DNA of 64,000 bases from Gemmatimonadota bacterium (lineage in GTDB: Bacteria > Gemmatimonadota > Gemmatimonadetes > Longimicrobiales > Gaopeijiaceae): contig JAXHMG010000003.1 in the NCBI GenBank assembly GCA_034521595.1, positions 1,280,001-1,344,000 of the forward strand, given 5' to 3'. The position numbers were made by a program, and so were the translations under genes. Under the pieces are notes generated by a model that saw only the letters and a list, made by a program, of their open reading frames with translations, did no database searches and was not told where the DNA came from. Below are positions 20,498 to 30,117 of the stretch, piece by piece (the stretch's first letter is position 1; each line of letters starts with the position of its first letter).

Positions 20498-21445
20498 GTG
20501 TCGAACCAGGCGCGGTTGTCCGTCGTCGTTTTCCTCGCCCTCCTTCCGTTCGTCGGGCTCTATTGGTACGCGGAGCACTCGCTGCGAGCCGTCCACCGGG
20601 CGCACCAGGAAGCCGAGCTCCTGCATCAGGTCGGCCGCATCGGTCTCATGTACAACCGCACGCTCGCCCAGAGCGAGATGCTCCTCGGCGCGCTGAGCGA
20701 GATGTCCGAGTTCGAGAGCCCCCGCCAGCCCCGATGCGACCAGGTGCTTTCGTCCGTGATGGGGCACCTCACCTACTACACCGGCATCCAGTTCATCGAC
20801 GTGGACGGATTCGTATCGTGCGGATCCCTGGCCGGGTACGGGGACCTCTTCGTGAACGACCGCTACTACCATCGAGGCGCCCTGGCCAACCGTCAGTTCA
20901 CGATCGGGAACTTCGTGATGGGCCGGATCACGGGTAAGCCGGTCGTCGGCTTGGCGTATCCCATCGAGGCCGCCGGCTCGTCGGAAGCGACGGGGGTGCT
21001 CGCCCTCTACTTCGATCTGGACGAGTTGGCGAACCGCGCCTACGAGTTGGGGATGCCGCAGGCCGCCACGTTCACGGTGGTCGATCGCTCCGGCACCGTG
21101 ATGGTGAGGGTCCCGGCCCGTCAGGTCGGCCCGGACACCGTCGGAGCGACCGTGCCGGCGTCGTTCCCCGTGCCGACCAGTGCATCGGGCGATCCCTATC
21201 TGGCGCGTGGCGTCGACCTGGACGGCGTCGAGCGCCACTTCGCCGTGCAGCCCCTGCAGGCGGGAACATCCCGCTCGTACGGCCACGTCTACTTCGGCGT
21301 CGAGGACGACGTGGTGTTCGAGGGAGGGACCCTCGAGCCCATCGGCCGCCTTCGGATGCTCGCGCTCGCCGGCCTCCTGGTGATCGGTGGGGCCTGGCTG
21401 TTCGGCGTCAAGACGATCGCCGAGCGAGAATCGGCCGCGACGTGA
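20498..21445 (+). CDS. Stand-alone Cache (dCache-like) sensor protein with two transmembrane helices
   Basis: GTG after GGGAGGT. TM1, PDC motifs (VNDRYYHRGAL, GRITGKPVVGLAYP, VVDRSGTVM), TM2, then a tail of about 11 aa. Confidence 0.75.
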   Translation: MSNQARLSVVVFLALLPFVGLYWYAEHSLRAVHRAHQEAELLHQVGRIGLMYNRTLAQSEMLLGALSEMSEFESPRQPRCDQVLSSVMGHLTYYTGIQFIDVDGFVSCGSLAGYGDLFVNDRYYHRGALANRQFTIGNFVMGRITGKPVVGLAYPIEAAGSSEATGVLALYFDLDELANRAYELGMPQAATFTVVDRSGTVMVRVPARQVGPDTVGATVPASFPVPTSASGDPYLARGVDLDGVERHFAVQPLQAGTSRSYGHVYFGVEDDVVFEGGTLEPIGRLRMLALAGLLVIGGAWLFGVKTIAERESAAT

Positions 21446-21484
21446 CACCCGTGCGCCCGGCGCGTGACGAGCGCCCGGTGACGC

Positions 21485-22681
21485 TCACCCTCCGGGCCGG
21501 GGCCAGACCACGCCCTGGTCCTCGGGCGCCTCCCCGTAGCCACGGAACACGAACTTCTGCAGACGCTTCCCCTCCCAGGTTTCCGTCGTGTAGATGTTGC
21601 CCCGGGAGTCGGTGGCGATGCTGTGCACGCCGTAGAATTGCCCCGGCTGGCGCCCACCGTCTCCGAACTTCGTCAGCACGGTCATGGTTTCGCGCTCGAT
21701 GACGTGGATCTTCCGGTTGAGTCCGTCGGCCAAGTACAGGAAGCGCTGCTCGGGATCCGGAGAGAAGGCGATGTCCCAGACCGAGCCGGACCCGAGCGTC
21801 TGCGGCTCGATGAAGACTTCACGCACGAAGGTCCCGTCCGTGCGGAAGACCTGGATGCGGTCGCTCGCGCGGTCGCACGCGTAGACGAGCCCGTCTCGGG
21901 ACAGCTCCGCACAGTGAAGGGGGCTCCGGAACTGCTCGGCCGGAGGGTCCGAGGGGTCGTAGGGCGGGAGCGGCGCGTCGTCGGGCGGGTTGCCGTAGGC
22001 GCCCCAGTACCGGAGCATCTCCCCGGTGTCCCCGTCGAGCACCGCCACGCGCTTGTTGCCGTAGCCGTCCGCGACGTACACCTCGTTGGTCCGGGGATCG
22101 ATCGAGAGCTTCGCGACACGCCAGAAATTCTCGGGATCGTGGCTTCCCGTGCGCATGTGCGGCTCCCCGATCTGCATGAGGAAGGTGCCGTCCCGAGCGA
22201 ACTTCAGGATGTGGGAGTCCTCGACGCCGTTTCCGCCGATCCAGACGTTGTCCATGTGGTCGACGGTGATCCCGTGGTTGGACTGGGGCCAATCGTAGGC
22301 CTCGTCCGGACCGCCCCACCATCCCACCAGGGTCCCGTCGGGAGCGAACTCGAGGATGGGAGGGGCCGCCGTGCAGCAGGACGCCACGGGCGGATCGCCC
22401 AGGCCCGTGGTCTCCGTCCGTGGGTCGAAGGTGTCGGTCCGGTGGACGATCCACACGTGGTCTCGCGCATCGACCGAGACCCCGACCGCCGAACCCAGGA
22501 TCCAGCCGTTGGGGAGTGGCTTGGGCCAGAGCGGATCCACCTCGAACAACGGGACCTCGCCGGCGGAGGCGTCGGCTCGCACCGCATCCTCCGCGTCCTC
22601 CAGGGAGCACGAAGCGAGACCCGCCAGCCCGGCGAGCACGAAGAGCGACGCAACCACGAGCACGTCTCGACCGCCGAGCAT
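21485..22681 (-). CDS. NHL-repeat beta-propeller lipoprotein
   Basis: Lipobox LASC. NHL blades HGITVD, VYVADGYGNKRV, VYACDRASDRIQVF, GQFYGVHSIATDSRGNIY. Confidence 0.85.
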   Translation of the reverse strand: MLGGRDVLVVASLFVLAGLAGLASCSLEDAEDAVRADASAGEVPLFEVDPLWPKPLPNGWILGSAVGVSVDARDHVWIVHRTDTFDPRTETTGLGDPPVASCCTAAPPILEFAPDGTLVGWWGGPDEAYDWPQSNHGITVDHMDNVWIGGNGVEDSHILKFARDGTFLMQIGEPHMRTGSHDPENFWRVAKLSIDPRTNEVYVADGYGNKRVAVLDGDTGEMLRYWGAYGNPPDDAPLPPYDPSDPPAEQFRSPLHCAELSRDGLVYACDRASDRIQVFRTDGTFVREVFIEPQTLGSGSVWDIAFSPDPEQRFLYLADGLNRKIHVIERETMTVLTKFGDGGRQPGQFYGVHSIATDSRGNIYTTETWEGKRLQKFVFRGYGEAPEDQGVVWPRPGG

Positions 22682-22810
22682 GGCATGCCTCCGGATCCGG
22701 GGGACGTCACGGCGAGCGAAGTGCCGCGACGGGTGCAGACTCCGGCGCGGGGGGCGGACGCGCAAGGCGGCGTGACCAGCGCGCGTTAGACGCGGACCTT
22801 GAAGCCCGTC

Positions 22811-23416
22811 CTACGGCATCGAGCTTCCGTCCTCCGGCACGTCGTAGAGCTCACGCATCTCCTCGTAGGACAGATCGGCGTGGACGGCGCCCGCCGCCTC
22901 CCCGGCCACCGTAGCGCCGCCCGGGACGATCACATAGCGGAACTCGTGCTGCAGGTTGACGCTCCCGTAGTCGTCCGTGTTGTTCGTGAGGGTGATCTCC
23001 AGGGTTTCGGGACGCAGGTTCGCGCTCCACACGTCGATCTGTGGCCCAGCCTGCTCATACTGGACCGTGATGGGAAGCTGGGACACCTGATCGGTCGGCC
23101 AGATCGAGGTGGTGTAGCCGTTGAGCTTGCCATAGACCAGGACGACACCGGTGTCCAGAATGTCCTGGGTGATCTCGGGTACGGGCTCCTCGTGGCTGAA
23201 CACCGTTCTTCCGAACTCCTCGGAACTCTCCCAGGACTCGGGTTGGAACCAGTCCGAGTACATGACGTTCGCGGTTCCCGGAGGTCCCTGCGGTCCTTCC
23301 GGACCCTCGGGTCCCCGAGGTCCTTCGGGCCCCTGGGGCCCGGTCGGACCGGTTTCTCCGCTACAAGCGGACACTGCGAGCATCGCGAGGAGGAGCGCGG
23401 GGAGCGAGCGAAGCAT
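22811..23416 (-). CDS. Collagen-like lipoprotein
   Basis: Lipobox VSAC followed by nine G-X-Y triplets and a globular C-terminal domain. Confidence 0.82.
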   Translation of the reverse strand: MLRSLPALLLAMLAVSACSGETGPTGPQGPEGPRGPEGPEGPQGPPGTANVMYSDWFQPESWESSEEFGRTVFSHEEPVPEITQDILDTGVVLVYGKLNGYTTSIWPTDQVSQLPITVQYEQAGPQIDVWSANLRPETLEITLTNNTDDYGSVNLQHEFRYVIVPGGATVAGEAAGAVHADLSYEEMRELYDVPEDGSSMP

Positions 23417-23603
23417 AGTGTCTCCTTCGGACCGGTTTCGACGTGGCATAGTCGCGTGCAAATCGACACACCGGTGTGCGGGAACGCAACCCCGATCCGC
23501 CGCGCCGTCCTCAACCGACCGCACGGGCCCTGGTGTCACACCTCAGGACCGTCCATCTTCACGGCCGTCTGGCTCAGAACACCCCTAGCACTGGAGATGT
23601 TTT

Positions 23604-24476
23604 ATGGTCCGCAGAGCCGTACGGTTCATGGCTCTCGCACCCGCGCTCGCTGCCCTCTTCCTGGTCCAAGCCTGTGGCGCCGACGATTCCGACCCGACCG
23701 GGCCGGACCCCGATCCGGACCCCGATCCGGCGACCGACGTGACGGTCGAAGGCATGGTCACGGAGCGCGGTACCGATGAAGGAGTGAATGACGCCACGGT
23801 CTCCGGCGTCCGACTGGACACGGACGAGCAACTCTTCGAGGTCGCCACCGACGCGAGTGGAGCGTACGAAGCGACCTTCGAAATCACCGACGAGCCCGAC
23901 GAGGTTCGAGTGGAAGTCGTAAAGGAGAAGCTCGGAACGGGGCTCGACTCCCTGGCGTTCTCCGAGACCATCACGGCCGACTTCGAGCTGGCGTGGGGCT
24001 CACCGTTCAGCGACCCGCTCGACGAAGACTGCCTCGACCTCGACCCCGAGAACGTCGAGATCGAGGAGTTCGGTGAACGGTGGCGGATCGTCGACGGCGA
24101 CAGCGCCCTGCTCCTCTTCGACGAGTTCGAGGCCGCCCAGGACGGGCGTGACATCATCCAGTCCTATGGCTTCACGGAACATTGCTTCGTCAATCGTCCC
24201 GACGCCCCCATGAAGTACTGGCTCATCGATGGGACACCGCCGACGGCCAGTGACGACGCCTCGCTCGACAAGGACTGCCTCGACCGCGACCCGGAGAACG
24301 TCGAAATCGAGGAGTTCGGGGAACAGTGGCGGCTCGTCGACGGCGAAAGCGCCCTGCTCGTCTTCGACGAGTTAGAGGCCGCCCAGGCAGGCCGTGACAT
24401 CATCCAGTTCTACGGCTTTACCCGGCAGTGCTTCGTCGATCGGCCCGATCCGCCCATGGAGTACTGGACTCGGTGA
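23604..24476 (+). CDS. Acidic lipoprotein with an Ig/carboxypeptidase-regulatory-like domain and two tandem Cys-containing repeats
   Basis: GGAG RBS, lipobox VQAC, PD linker and a duplicated domain. Confidence 0.8.
   Translation: MVRRAVRFMALAPALAALFLVQACGADDSDPTGPDPDPDPDPATDVTVEGMVTERGTDEGVNDATVSGVRLDTDEQLFEVATDASGAYEATFEITDEPDEVRVEVVKEKLGTGLDSLAFSETITADFELAWGSPFSDPLDEDCLDLDPENVEIEEFGERWRIVDGDSALLLFDEFEAAQDGRDIIQSYGFTEHCFVNRPDAPMKYWLIDGTPPTASDDASLDKDCLDRDPENVEIEEFGEQWRLVDGESALLVFDELEAAQAGRDIIQFYGFTRQCFVDRPDPPMEYWTR
24018..24467 (+). repeat. Intragenic tandem domain duplication (units about 204 bp, period 246 bp)
   Basis: LDEDCLDLDPENVEIEEFGERWRIVDG...HCFVNRPDAPMKYW versus LDKDCLDRDPENVEIEEFGEQWRLVDG...QCFVDRPDPPMEYW. 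Confidence 0.9.
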
Positions 24477-24607
24477 GGTAGACGGCGATTCCCTGATGCC
24501 CTCCTCGATGCCACGCGTGGCCAACATGCGCCGGGTGTCGGGGAGGGCCGCCGTGGCTCGCCTGACCGCACGGGGACCCCCCACCCACGCGCGGAGTATG
24601 CCCGCCC

Positions 24608-25582
24608 ATGAACCTCTCCGTGCTCGATGTCCTTCCCGTCTCGTCCGGCTCCCGGGCGGCCGACACGCTCACCGGCGCGGGCGCGCTCGCCCAGCTCGCG
24701 GACCGGCTGGGATACACCCGTATCTGGTACGCCGAGCATCACGGGATGGGCGGGATCGCCGCGACCTCCCCCGAGCTCCTGATCGCGCACATCGCTCCGA
24801 GGACGGAGCGGATCCGGGTCGGCGCGGGCGGTGTGATGCTCCCGAACCACGTGCCGCTCCAGGTCGTGGAGCGCTACCGCACGCTGGAGGCCCTTCATCC
24901 GGGCCGGATCGACCTCGGCATCGGGCGCGCGCCGGGCACGGACCCGCTCACGGCCCGGGCGCTCCGGTCCGTCCCCGGCCAGCAGGTGGGCGAACTCATG
25001 GCGGAGCTCCTGGCCTTCGCCCACGGGGACTTCCCGGACGATCACCCCTTCGGCCGGATCGCGGTCGCGCCCGGCGGCATCGAGCTGCCTCCCCTCTGGA
25101 TGCTCGGATCGAGCGGCGGCAGCGCCCGCATGGCGGGACAGATCGGGGCCGGCTACGCGTTCGCGGCGCACTTCAGCGCGACCCCGCCCGCCCCGGCCAT
25201 CGACGTCTACCGTGAAGCGTTCGTGCCCTCGCCGGCGTTTCCGGAGCCGAAGGTGATCCTGGCCCTCTCGGTCGTATGCGCCGAGACCGACGAGGAAGCG
25301 CGTGAGCTGGCCTCGTCCATCGAGGTCCACTTCGAGCGGATCGGGAGAGGCGAGACCGGGCCCATTCCGAGCCCCGCGGAGGCCCGGGCCGCCGGCTGGA
25401 CGCCGGACGCCCGGATGGGCGGTCCCATGGCTGGGCTGCTCATCCGCGGCACGCCCGACCGGGTCCGCGAAGAGATCGAGCAGCGCGCCCGCGCGGTCGA
25501 TGCGGACGAGGTCATGGTCATGACCATCGTGCACGACCCGGCGGCGCGGTTGCGGTCGTATGAGCTGGTGGCGGGGGGTTAG
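24608..25582 (+). CDS. LLM-class (luciferase-like) flavin-dependent oxidoreductase
   Basis: Motifs LSVLD, WYAEHH, IRVGAGGVMLPNH, GRIDLGIGRAPG, LGSS. Confidence 0.92.
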   Translation: MNLSVLDVLPVSSGSRAADTLTGAGALAQLADRLGYTRIWYAEHHGMGGIAATSPELLIAHIAPRTERIRVGAGGVMLPNHVPLQVVERYRTLEALHPGRIDLGIGRAPGTDPLTARALRSVPGQQVGELMAELLAFAHGDFPDDHPFGRIAVAPGGIELPPLWMLGSSGGSARMAGQIGAGYAFAAHFSATPPAPAIDVYREAFVPSPAFPEPKVILALSVVCAETDEEARELASSIEVHFERIGRGETGPIPSPAEARAAGWTPDARMGGPMAGLLIRGTPDRVREEIEQRARAVDADEVMVMTIVHDPAARLRSYELVAGG

Positions 25583-25590
25583 GGTCGTCG

Positions 25591-25746
25591 TCACGGGCTC
25601 AGCTCGGTCCCCTGACGCAGGTGTGCGAGATAGTCCTCGAACACCACGGGCCGGTTCTTCTTCCGCTCATCGAGCGGCCGCACGATGCCCACCGCCTCGA
25701 GGACGCGCACGGCCTTCCCGGCCGCAGGCCTCGAGCAATCGAGGAG
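25591..25746 (-). pseudogene. C-terminal fragment of a Fic-family protein
   Basis: Manual translation LLDCSRPAAGKAVRVLEAVGIVRPLDERKKNRPVVFEDYLAHLRQGTELSP*, resembling the winged-helix tail of long Fic proteins. No start codon. Confidence 0.55.
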
Positions 25747-25934
25747 ACACCCGATGCCGACTATCGCTTCCGGGTGGCCATCCCTCGGGCTGAAGTGGCC
25801 GAAGCGGTAGCGGACCGCACTCGCGAGCTCGAGTCTTCGACTTCGACAACGCGGTCCCGCAAGAGGATCACGTCAGGCAGAAGACCTATACCAGAGTCTG
25901 GGAGACGATGGGCGACGCTCAGCGGAGCGGTTAA
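25738..25934 (+). pseudogene. 3' fragment of a hypothetical gene with a frameshift
   Basis: IEETPDADYRFRVAIPRAEVAEAVA...ELE / DFDNAVPQEDHVRQKTYTRVWETM...*, with a 1-bp shift near 25833. Confidence 0.5.
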
Positions 25935-25953
25935 CGCTGCCCGGTACCCGAGC

Positions 25954-26553
25954 TCACATCCACCAGATGGCGATCCCTCCCCGGTACTCGTCGGACTCCA
26001 GCGTTCCGTTGCCGTCGATGTCCCACAAGCGGAAGAGCACCTCTGCGAGCTGCTCGCGGGTGGTGATGGAGCCCGTTTCCATGGGCTCGTTTTCGCCCCG
26101 GACGTCGAGACCCGCCAGGGCCTCCAGGGGATCGAGCCGGAGGTCGCCATCCGTGTCCCATTCTGCGAAGAGGCCGGGCTCGGCGGCTCTCGTGTAGAGG
26201 TAGCGCCCGCCGTTCAGCCACTCGGTCTCGCTCAGGGTCAGATCCAGATCTTCCCTCCAGACCGTCTGCGGTGACGGCCCGGCGGTGTCCAGGGCCGCCG
26301 CCAGATCGGTCTCAGGCGCATCGGGCGCGAAGGCGGATCGGTCCTCCATCCACACCCGGAGCTCCACCTGACCGATGACGCCGTCCCCGTTCCGATCCGC
26401 CGTGGTGAAGGAGAGGGAATCCGGGAGCTCCACCACGTGACCGTCCCGCAGCTCGACGCCGGCATCGCGGGAATCGGTCTCGTCTCCGGGGCCGCATGCT
26501 GACATGAGCGCCAGCGATCCGGTCATCACCAGCAACGGAATACGGGTCCTCAT
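25954..26553 (-). CDS. EF-hand-containing lipoprotein
   Basis: Lipobox MSAC. Loops DRNGDGVIGQVE, DTDGDLRLDPLE, DIDGNGTLESDE. Confidence 0.8.
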   Translation of the reverse strand: MRTRIPLLVMTGSLALMSACGPGDETDSRDAGVELRDGHVVELPDSLSFTTADRNGDGVIGQVELRVWMEDRSAFAPDAPETDLAAALDTAGPSPQTVWREDLDLTLSETEWLNGGRYLYTRAAEPGLFAEWDTDGDLRLDPLEALAGLDVRGENEPMETGSITTREQLAEVLFRLWDIDGNGTLESDEYRGGIAIWWM

Positions 26554-26872
26554 GGACCTTCCTCGCTTTTTCTGATTCTCTGAGTTCTTCATGGCGACGG
26601 ATCAGCGGCCCACCCCACTTCTTCAACACCCTTCAGCTCTCGCGGCTCCTCCGCCGCCCTCCCTCGTCACCCCCTGCCCCGTCTTAACTCGCCTCCCGCC
26701 GCGAAAGGCCCTTTGAACTTCCTATCCGTCCCCGAATCAAGAGCCGCATATGAGCGCGCAGTCGTATCCCGATGGAAAATCGAAGTCTTGCAAAACGGGA
26801 GGGGTCCATATAAGCGGTCTCCAGGCCACGACCGGTATAGGCACCAGCCGTGATCACCTCCCGAGACGCTCA

Positions 26873-27196
26873 CTACTTGAAGTGCGACCGGAAATAGTTG
26901 AAGGAATGGCTCAGCGCTTCCCAGGCGTGCTCGGCCTCGTCCTTGAACCGCTGCCACTTCCCTTCGCCGGCGGCCTGGACTTCGTCCATCTTGCGCTTGG
27001 CCTCACGCCGCTTTTCGCGAAGATCATTCAGCCGATTCTCGTATTCCTTCTTGGCCTCACCTTCGAGCTTGTCGCCTTCTTTCTTCAGATCCTCGATCTT
27101 GCGGTCGAGATCGTCGAGACCTTTTTTCATTCCTTCGATGAATTCGTTGCGCGATTCGCTGGCTTCTGGCTGGTTGTTTGACTGGTCGTTTGTCAT
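26873..27196 (-). CDS. Small coiled-coil hypothetical protein (possible stress-response type)
   Basis: E/K-rich helix LDDLDRKIEDLK...W..FK...E.AW. GAGGAG RBS. Lower GC than the flanks. Confidence 0.75.
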   Translation of the reverse strand: MTNDQSNNQPEASESRNEFIEGMKKGLDDLDRKIEDLKKEGDKLEGEAKKEYENRLNDLREKRREAKRKMDEVQAAGEGKWQRFKDEAEHAWEALSHSFNYFRSHFK

Positions 27197-27284
27197 GGGC
27201 TGCTCCTCTGAAATAAATGTGGATTGCGGCACAATCGTCGGTGCTGACTACGACCCCCGTCTACCTCGACTCCGAAGGGACTGC

Positions 27285-27456
27285 TCACCCTACCCGCACC
27301 TCGTGGCCCTCCAACCACTCCTTTCGCCCCTCGTAATCCGGCATCACCCGCCTGACCAGCTCCCAGAACTTCGGCGAGTGATCCCGAACCTGCAGGTGGC
27401 AGAGCTCGTGCACCACGACGCACTCTAACACCGGCCGGGGCACGCGGGCTAGCAGG
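27285..27456 (-). pseudogene. C-terminal fragment of a YgjP-like (DUF45/M48-type) metallopeptidase
   Basis: Manual translation LLARVPRPVLECVVVHELCHLQVRDHSPKFWELVRRVMPDYEGRKEWL. Confidence 0.7.
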
Positions 27457-27514
27457 CTCCCCACGGGCCTGTCCGTATGTCTCGCACCCGCCTACGACCG
27501 GAGCGGGCGCCTCG

Positions 27515-27590
27515 CCTGCCATGGTCCCGGCCCCACCGGTGGATCGCATTCGCCACCGACCGCGCCGGCACGCCCGGGATCGACATGCCC
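27515..27590 (+). pseudogene. PD40/TolB-like repeat remnant
   Basis: PWSRPHRWIAFATDRAGTPGI resembles a single PD40 blade. Confidence 0.3.
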
Positions 27591-27689
27591 CCGCTTGCAC
27601 GAGCCCCGTCACGCCCGGAAGTTCGGAAACTCCAGGAACGTCATGCGCTACATGCCCCCCCGGTCGGGGTGAAGCAGGAGGTGTCGAAA

Positions 27690-28595
27690 CGGACGCTGGT
27701 TTGACGGCGTCGAATTCGTCGAGCGGACGTTCTTCAGTCAATATGGGACCCTCACGACGACTCGCCCCGCTCGAGTGGATTCCGTGATCGATCTCGCTGG
27801 GCGGTGGGTCGTCCCTCCCTACGGGGAAGCTCACAACCACAACGTCGAGAGCTCCGATCGCTTGGCGGACCTGATCCAACGCTACCTGGCGAGCGGCATC
27901 TACTACGTGAAGAACCCGAACGTGCTGCCGAGGAGCGTGCTCGAGATCCGGGAAGCGGTGAACCGACCAACGAGTATCGACGCGTCGTTCGCTCTGGGAG
28001 GCTTCACCGGTCCCGGGGGCACCCGAGCCTCGTGTACCGGCGTAACGTCGACCGCGGCATCTGGTCGGAAGCCGACGGCGAAGGGGCCTTGCGTGCTCAC
28101 GCGGCCGGGCTGCGGGTATCCACGCACGTGGAGACGGCTCAGGATTTTCGGCATGCGTTGGACGCCGCGGTAGACGAAATCAATCACCTACCCGGCTTCC
28201 GGGGCGATGAAGAGAACCGGTTCCCAAGCGCGGAGCTCTTTCGGTTGACCGAGGAGGATGCGGAGAGAGCCGCCGAAAGCGGAGTCGTAGTGGTCACGAC
28301 GTTGGGAAGCCTCGATGAATTCGGCGACGCGGAGACGGTCGAGCGCGCGCGGGAGACCTTTCGATGGAACTTGAGTCTCCTGAACGACCGAGGGGTGAGG
28401 TTGGCGCTGGGAAGTGATGCCTACGGCTCGGTAGGCGTAGACCAGGCCATGCAGGTGTTGGAGCTGGGCGTCTTCAGCAATCTCGAGCTCCTGAAGCTGT
28501 GGGTGGAGGAGACGCCACGAGCGATTTTTCCGCATCGCAAGCTCGGCCGAGATATCCTCGAAAGTCGTGGATCGGCCCCTGATGGATGGCGCTGA
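27690..28595 (+). pseudogene. Amidohydrolase pseudogene (frameshift and deletions)
   Basis: VIDLAGRWVVPPYGEAHNH in one frame, and STHVETAQD, INHLPG, ALGSD in another. Both ends truncated. Confidence 0.75.
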
Positions 28596-28686
28596 TTGGC
28601 AGGCGTGAAAAAGGCGGCGCACCCTTCCGTGTGACAGTCGTGCCAAGGAACAACCCGCGGATCAATGATCAAGGAGTAGAGGGAAC

Positions 28687-28911
28687 ATGAGCAAAGCGAA
28701 CAACCACGATGAACGAATTCGCAAGATGACGTTCGCTTCGGTGTATCCTCACTATCTCACCAAGGTCGAGAAGAAGGGCCGAACCAAGGACGAATTACAT
28801 CAGGTGATCTCCTGGCTGACGGGTTACAGCGAACAGGCACTTCTGAAACAGATCGAAGAGAAGGCGACCTTTGAGGAATTTTTTCAGCAAGCGAGCCTGA
28901 CCCCGAATTGA
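28687..28911 (+). pseudogene. DUF2200-family gene truncated by an IS end
   Basis: [31 protein letters not shown]. The stop codon is supplied by the IS terminal TGA. Confidence 0.75.
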
Positions 28912-28936
28912 ACCGCCCCGGCTTCACCGGAGACTG
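28909..28936. mobile_element. Solo IS3-family (IS51/IS6110-like) terminal inverted repeat
   Basis: TGAACCGCCCCGGCTTCACCGGAGACT closely resembles IS6110/IS629-type ends. No transposase follows. Confidence 0.75.
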
Positions 28937-28973
28937 TTCGCGTTGAGTGACCCCAGCGTCGCTGGAGTGAACG

Positions 28974-29381
28974 CTACAGGTCCAGCGTGACGAGAACAGA
29001 TCGGATCCAGGTCGCGAATTCGCTCTCGCTGAGTGACCCATCAGCTACTCGTAGAACGATGTCGACAACTTGGGGTTCAGGGGCTTCGATCTGATGCCCG
29101 TTGAGGATCAGGAACATGTTCGCGGTGAGGAATCCGATCCGCTTGTTCCCGTCCACGAACGGATGATTCTTGATGAGTCCGAACCCGTAGGAGGCCGCGA
29201 ATACAGCGAAGTCGGAATCGGATTCGTACCGCCATCGATGTTGGGGGCGAGCGAGTGCAGAGTCCAACAGGCCTTCATCTCTAAGCCCGAGTTGACCGCC
29301 GTGGGTCCGAATCTGGTCGGCGTGCGCTGCCTCGACCGCGGCACGCGGGACCCAGATTGGTTCCTCGGCGGATGATGTCAC
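28974..29381 (-). CDS. doc: Type II TA toxin, death-on-curing (Fic/Doc) family
   Basis: HPFVDGNKR and GLRDEGLLDSALARP. GTGA overlap with the antitoxin. Confidence 0.9.
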   Translation of the reverse strand: MTSSAEEPIWVPRAAVEAAHADQIRTHGGQLGLRDEGLLDSALARPQHRWRYESDSDFAVFAASYGFGLIKNHPFVDGNKRIGFLTANMFLILNGHQIEAPEPQVVDIVLRVADGSLSESEFATWIRSVLVTLDL

Positions 29382-29605
29382 TTGGCGAGTTCGCGCAAGG
29401 CATTGCGGTATTTGTTGGCCGTACGCTCGTAGGCGGCCATAGCCTCCTGGAATTCCGGATCGTAGGGTGTGAGGAGGACACCTTGGTCCGTTTCGATGAC
29501 GAAGAGCTCGTCGCCTTCCTGGACATGTAGGGACTCAGCGATGTCTTTCGGTAGTGTGGCGCCCACCGAGCCGCCCATTTTCCGCAGGGTGACTTTTCTC
29601 TGCAT
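29378..29605 (-). CDS. AbrB/MazE-type antitoxin
   Basis: LRKMGGSVGATLPKD...LLTPYDPEF...YRNALRELAK, immediately upstream of doc. Confidence 0.88.
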   Translation of the reverse strand: MQRKVTLRKMGGSVGATLPKDIAESLHVQEGDELFVIETDQGVLLTPYDPEFQEAMAAYERTANKYRNALRELAK

Positions 29606-29870
29606 GGCTCCGAGTCCTTGAAGACGGCGGTGAAGATTCGGTAGGAATATAGCACGTGAGTGCTACGGCCACCAACACTCGTAGCTGCACCTTCGTGGGC
29701 CACTCGTCGAGCAGCGCCACGAGGGCTCGGAGACCCAATCATGGGGAGGGCTTCCGGCTCCGGTGCGGTCGGCGCCGCTGAACCGCTCCAGGCTCACCCA
29801 AGGCAGCGGGAGTTGCGTGAGCTCGCGTTCTGGGGATGTCGCCGATGGGGCCGCATTCGCGGCACTTCAA

Positions 29871-30117
29871 TCGGGGCGCCCGGATGGAGCTCCGGTCGCC
29901 TCCCGGCGATCCTCGCTCGTCTCGGCGAATACCGACTGGCCCGCTGCCGCGGGGCTACCCGCTCGGCGCCTCGGCTCGAACCTCCGGTTCTCATCCGGTC
30001 CGCAACATCATTCTGGCCGCATTCGCGGCTTGCCTAGTCGGGGCGCCCGGATGAGAGATCCGGTCGCAACACCGTAACTGGCCGCATGCGCGGCTTACCT
30101 AGTCGGGGCGCCCGGAT
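29871..30117. repeat. Three direct copies of the tRNA-Pro 3' end (TCGGGGCGCCCGGAT), att-like
   Basis: Copies at 29871-29885, 30038-30052 and 30103-30117 (the tRNA itself), each preceded on the + strand by GGCCGCA..CGCGGC. Confidence 0.85.

Noticed and set aside
29848-30117. CRISPR-like repeat array
   Set aside because: The repeats are tRNA 3'-end copies with unequal spacing, and there are no cas genes.
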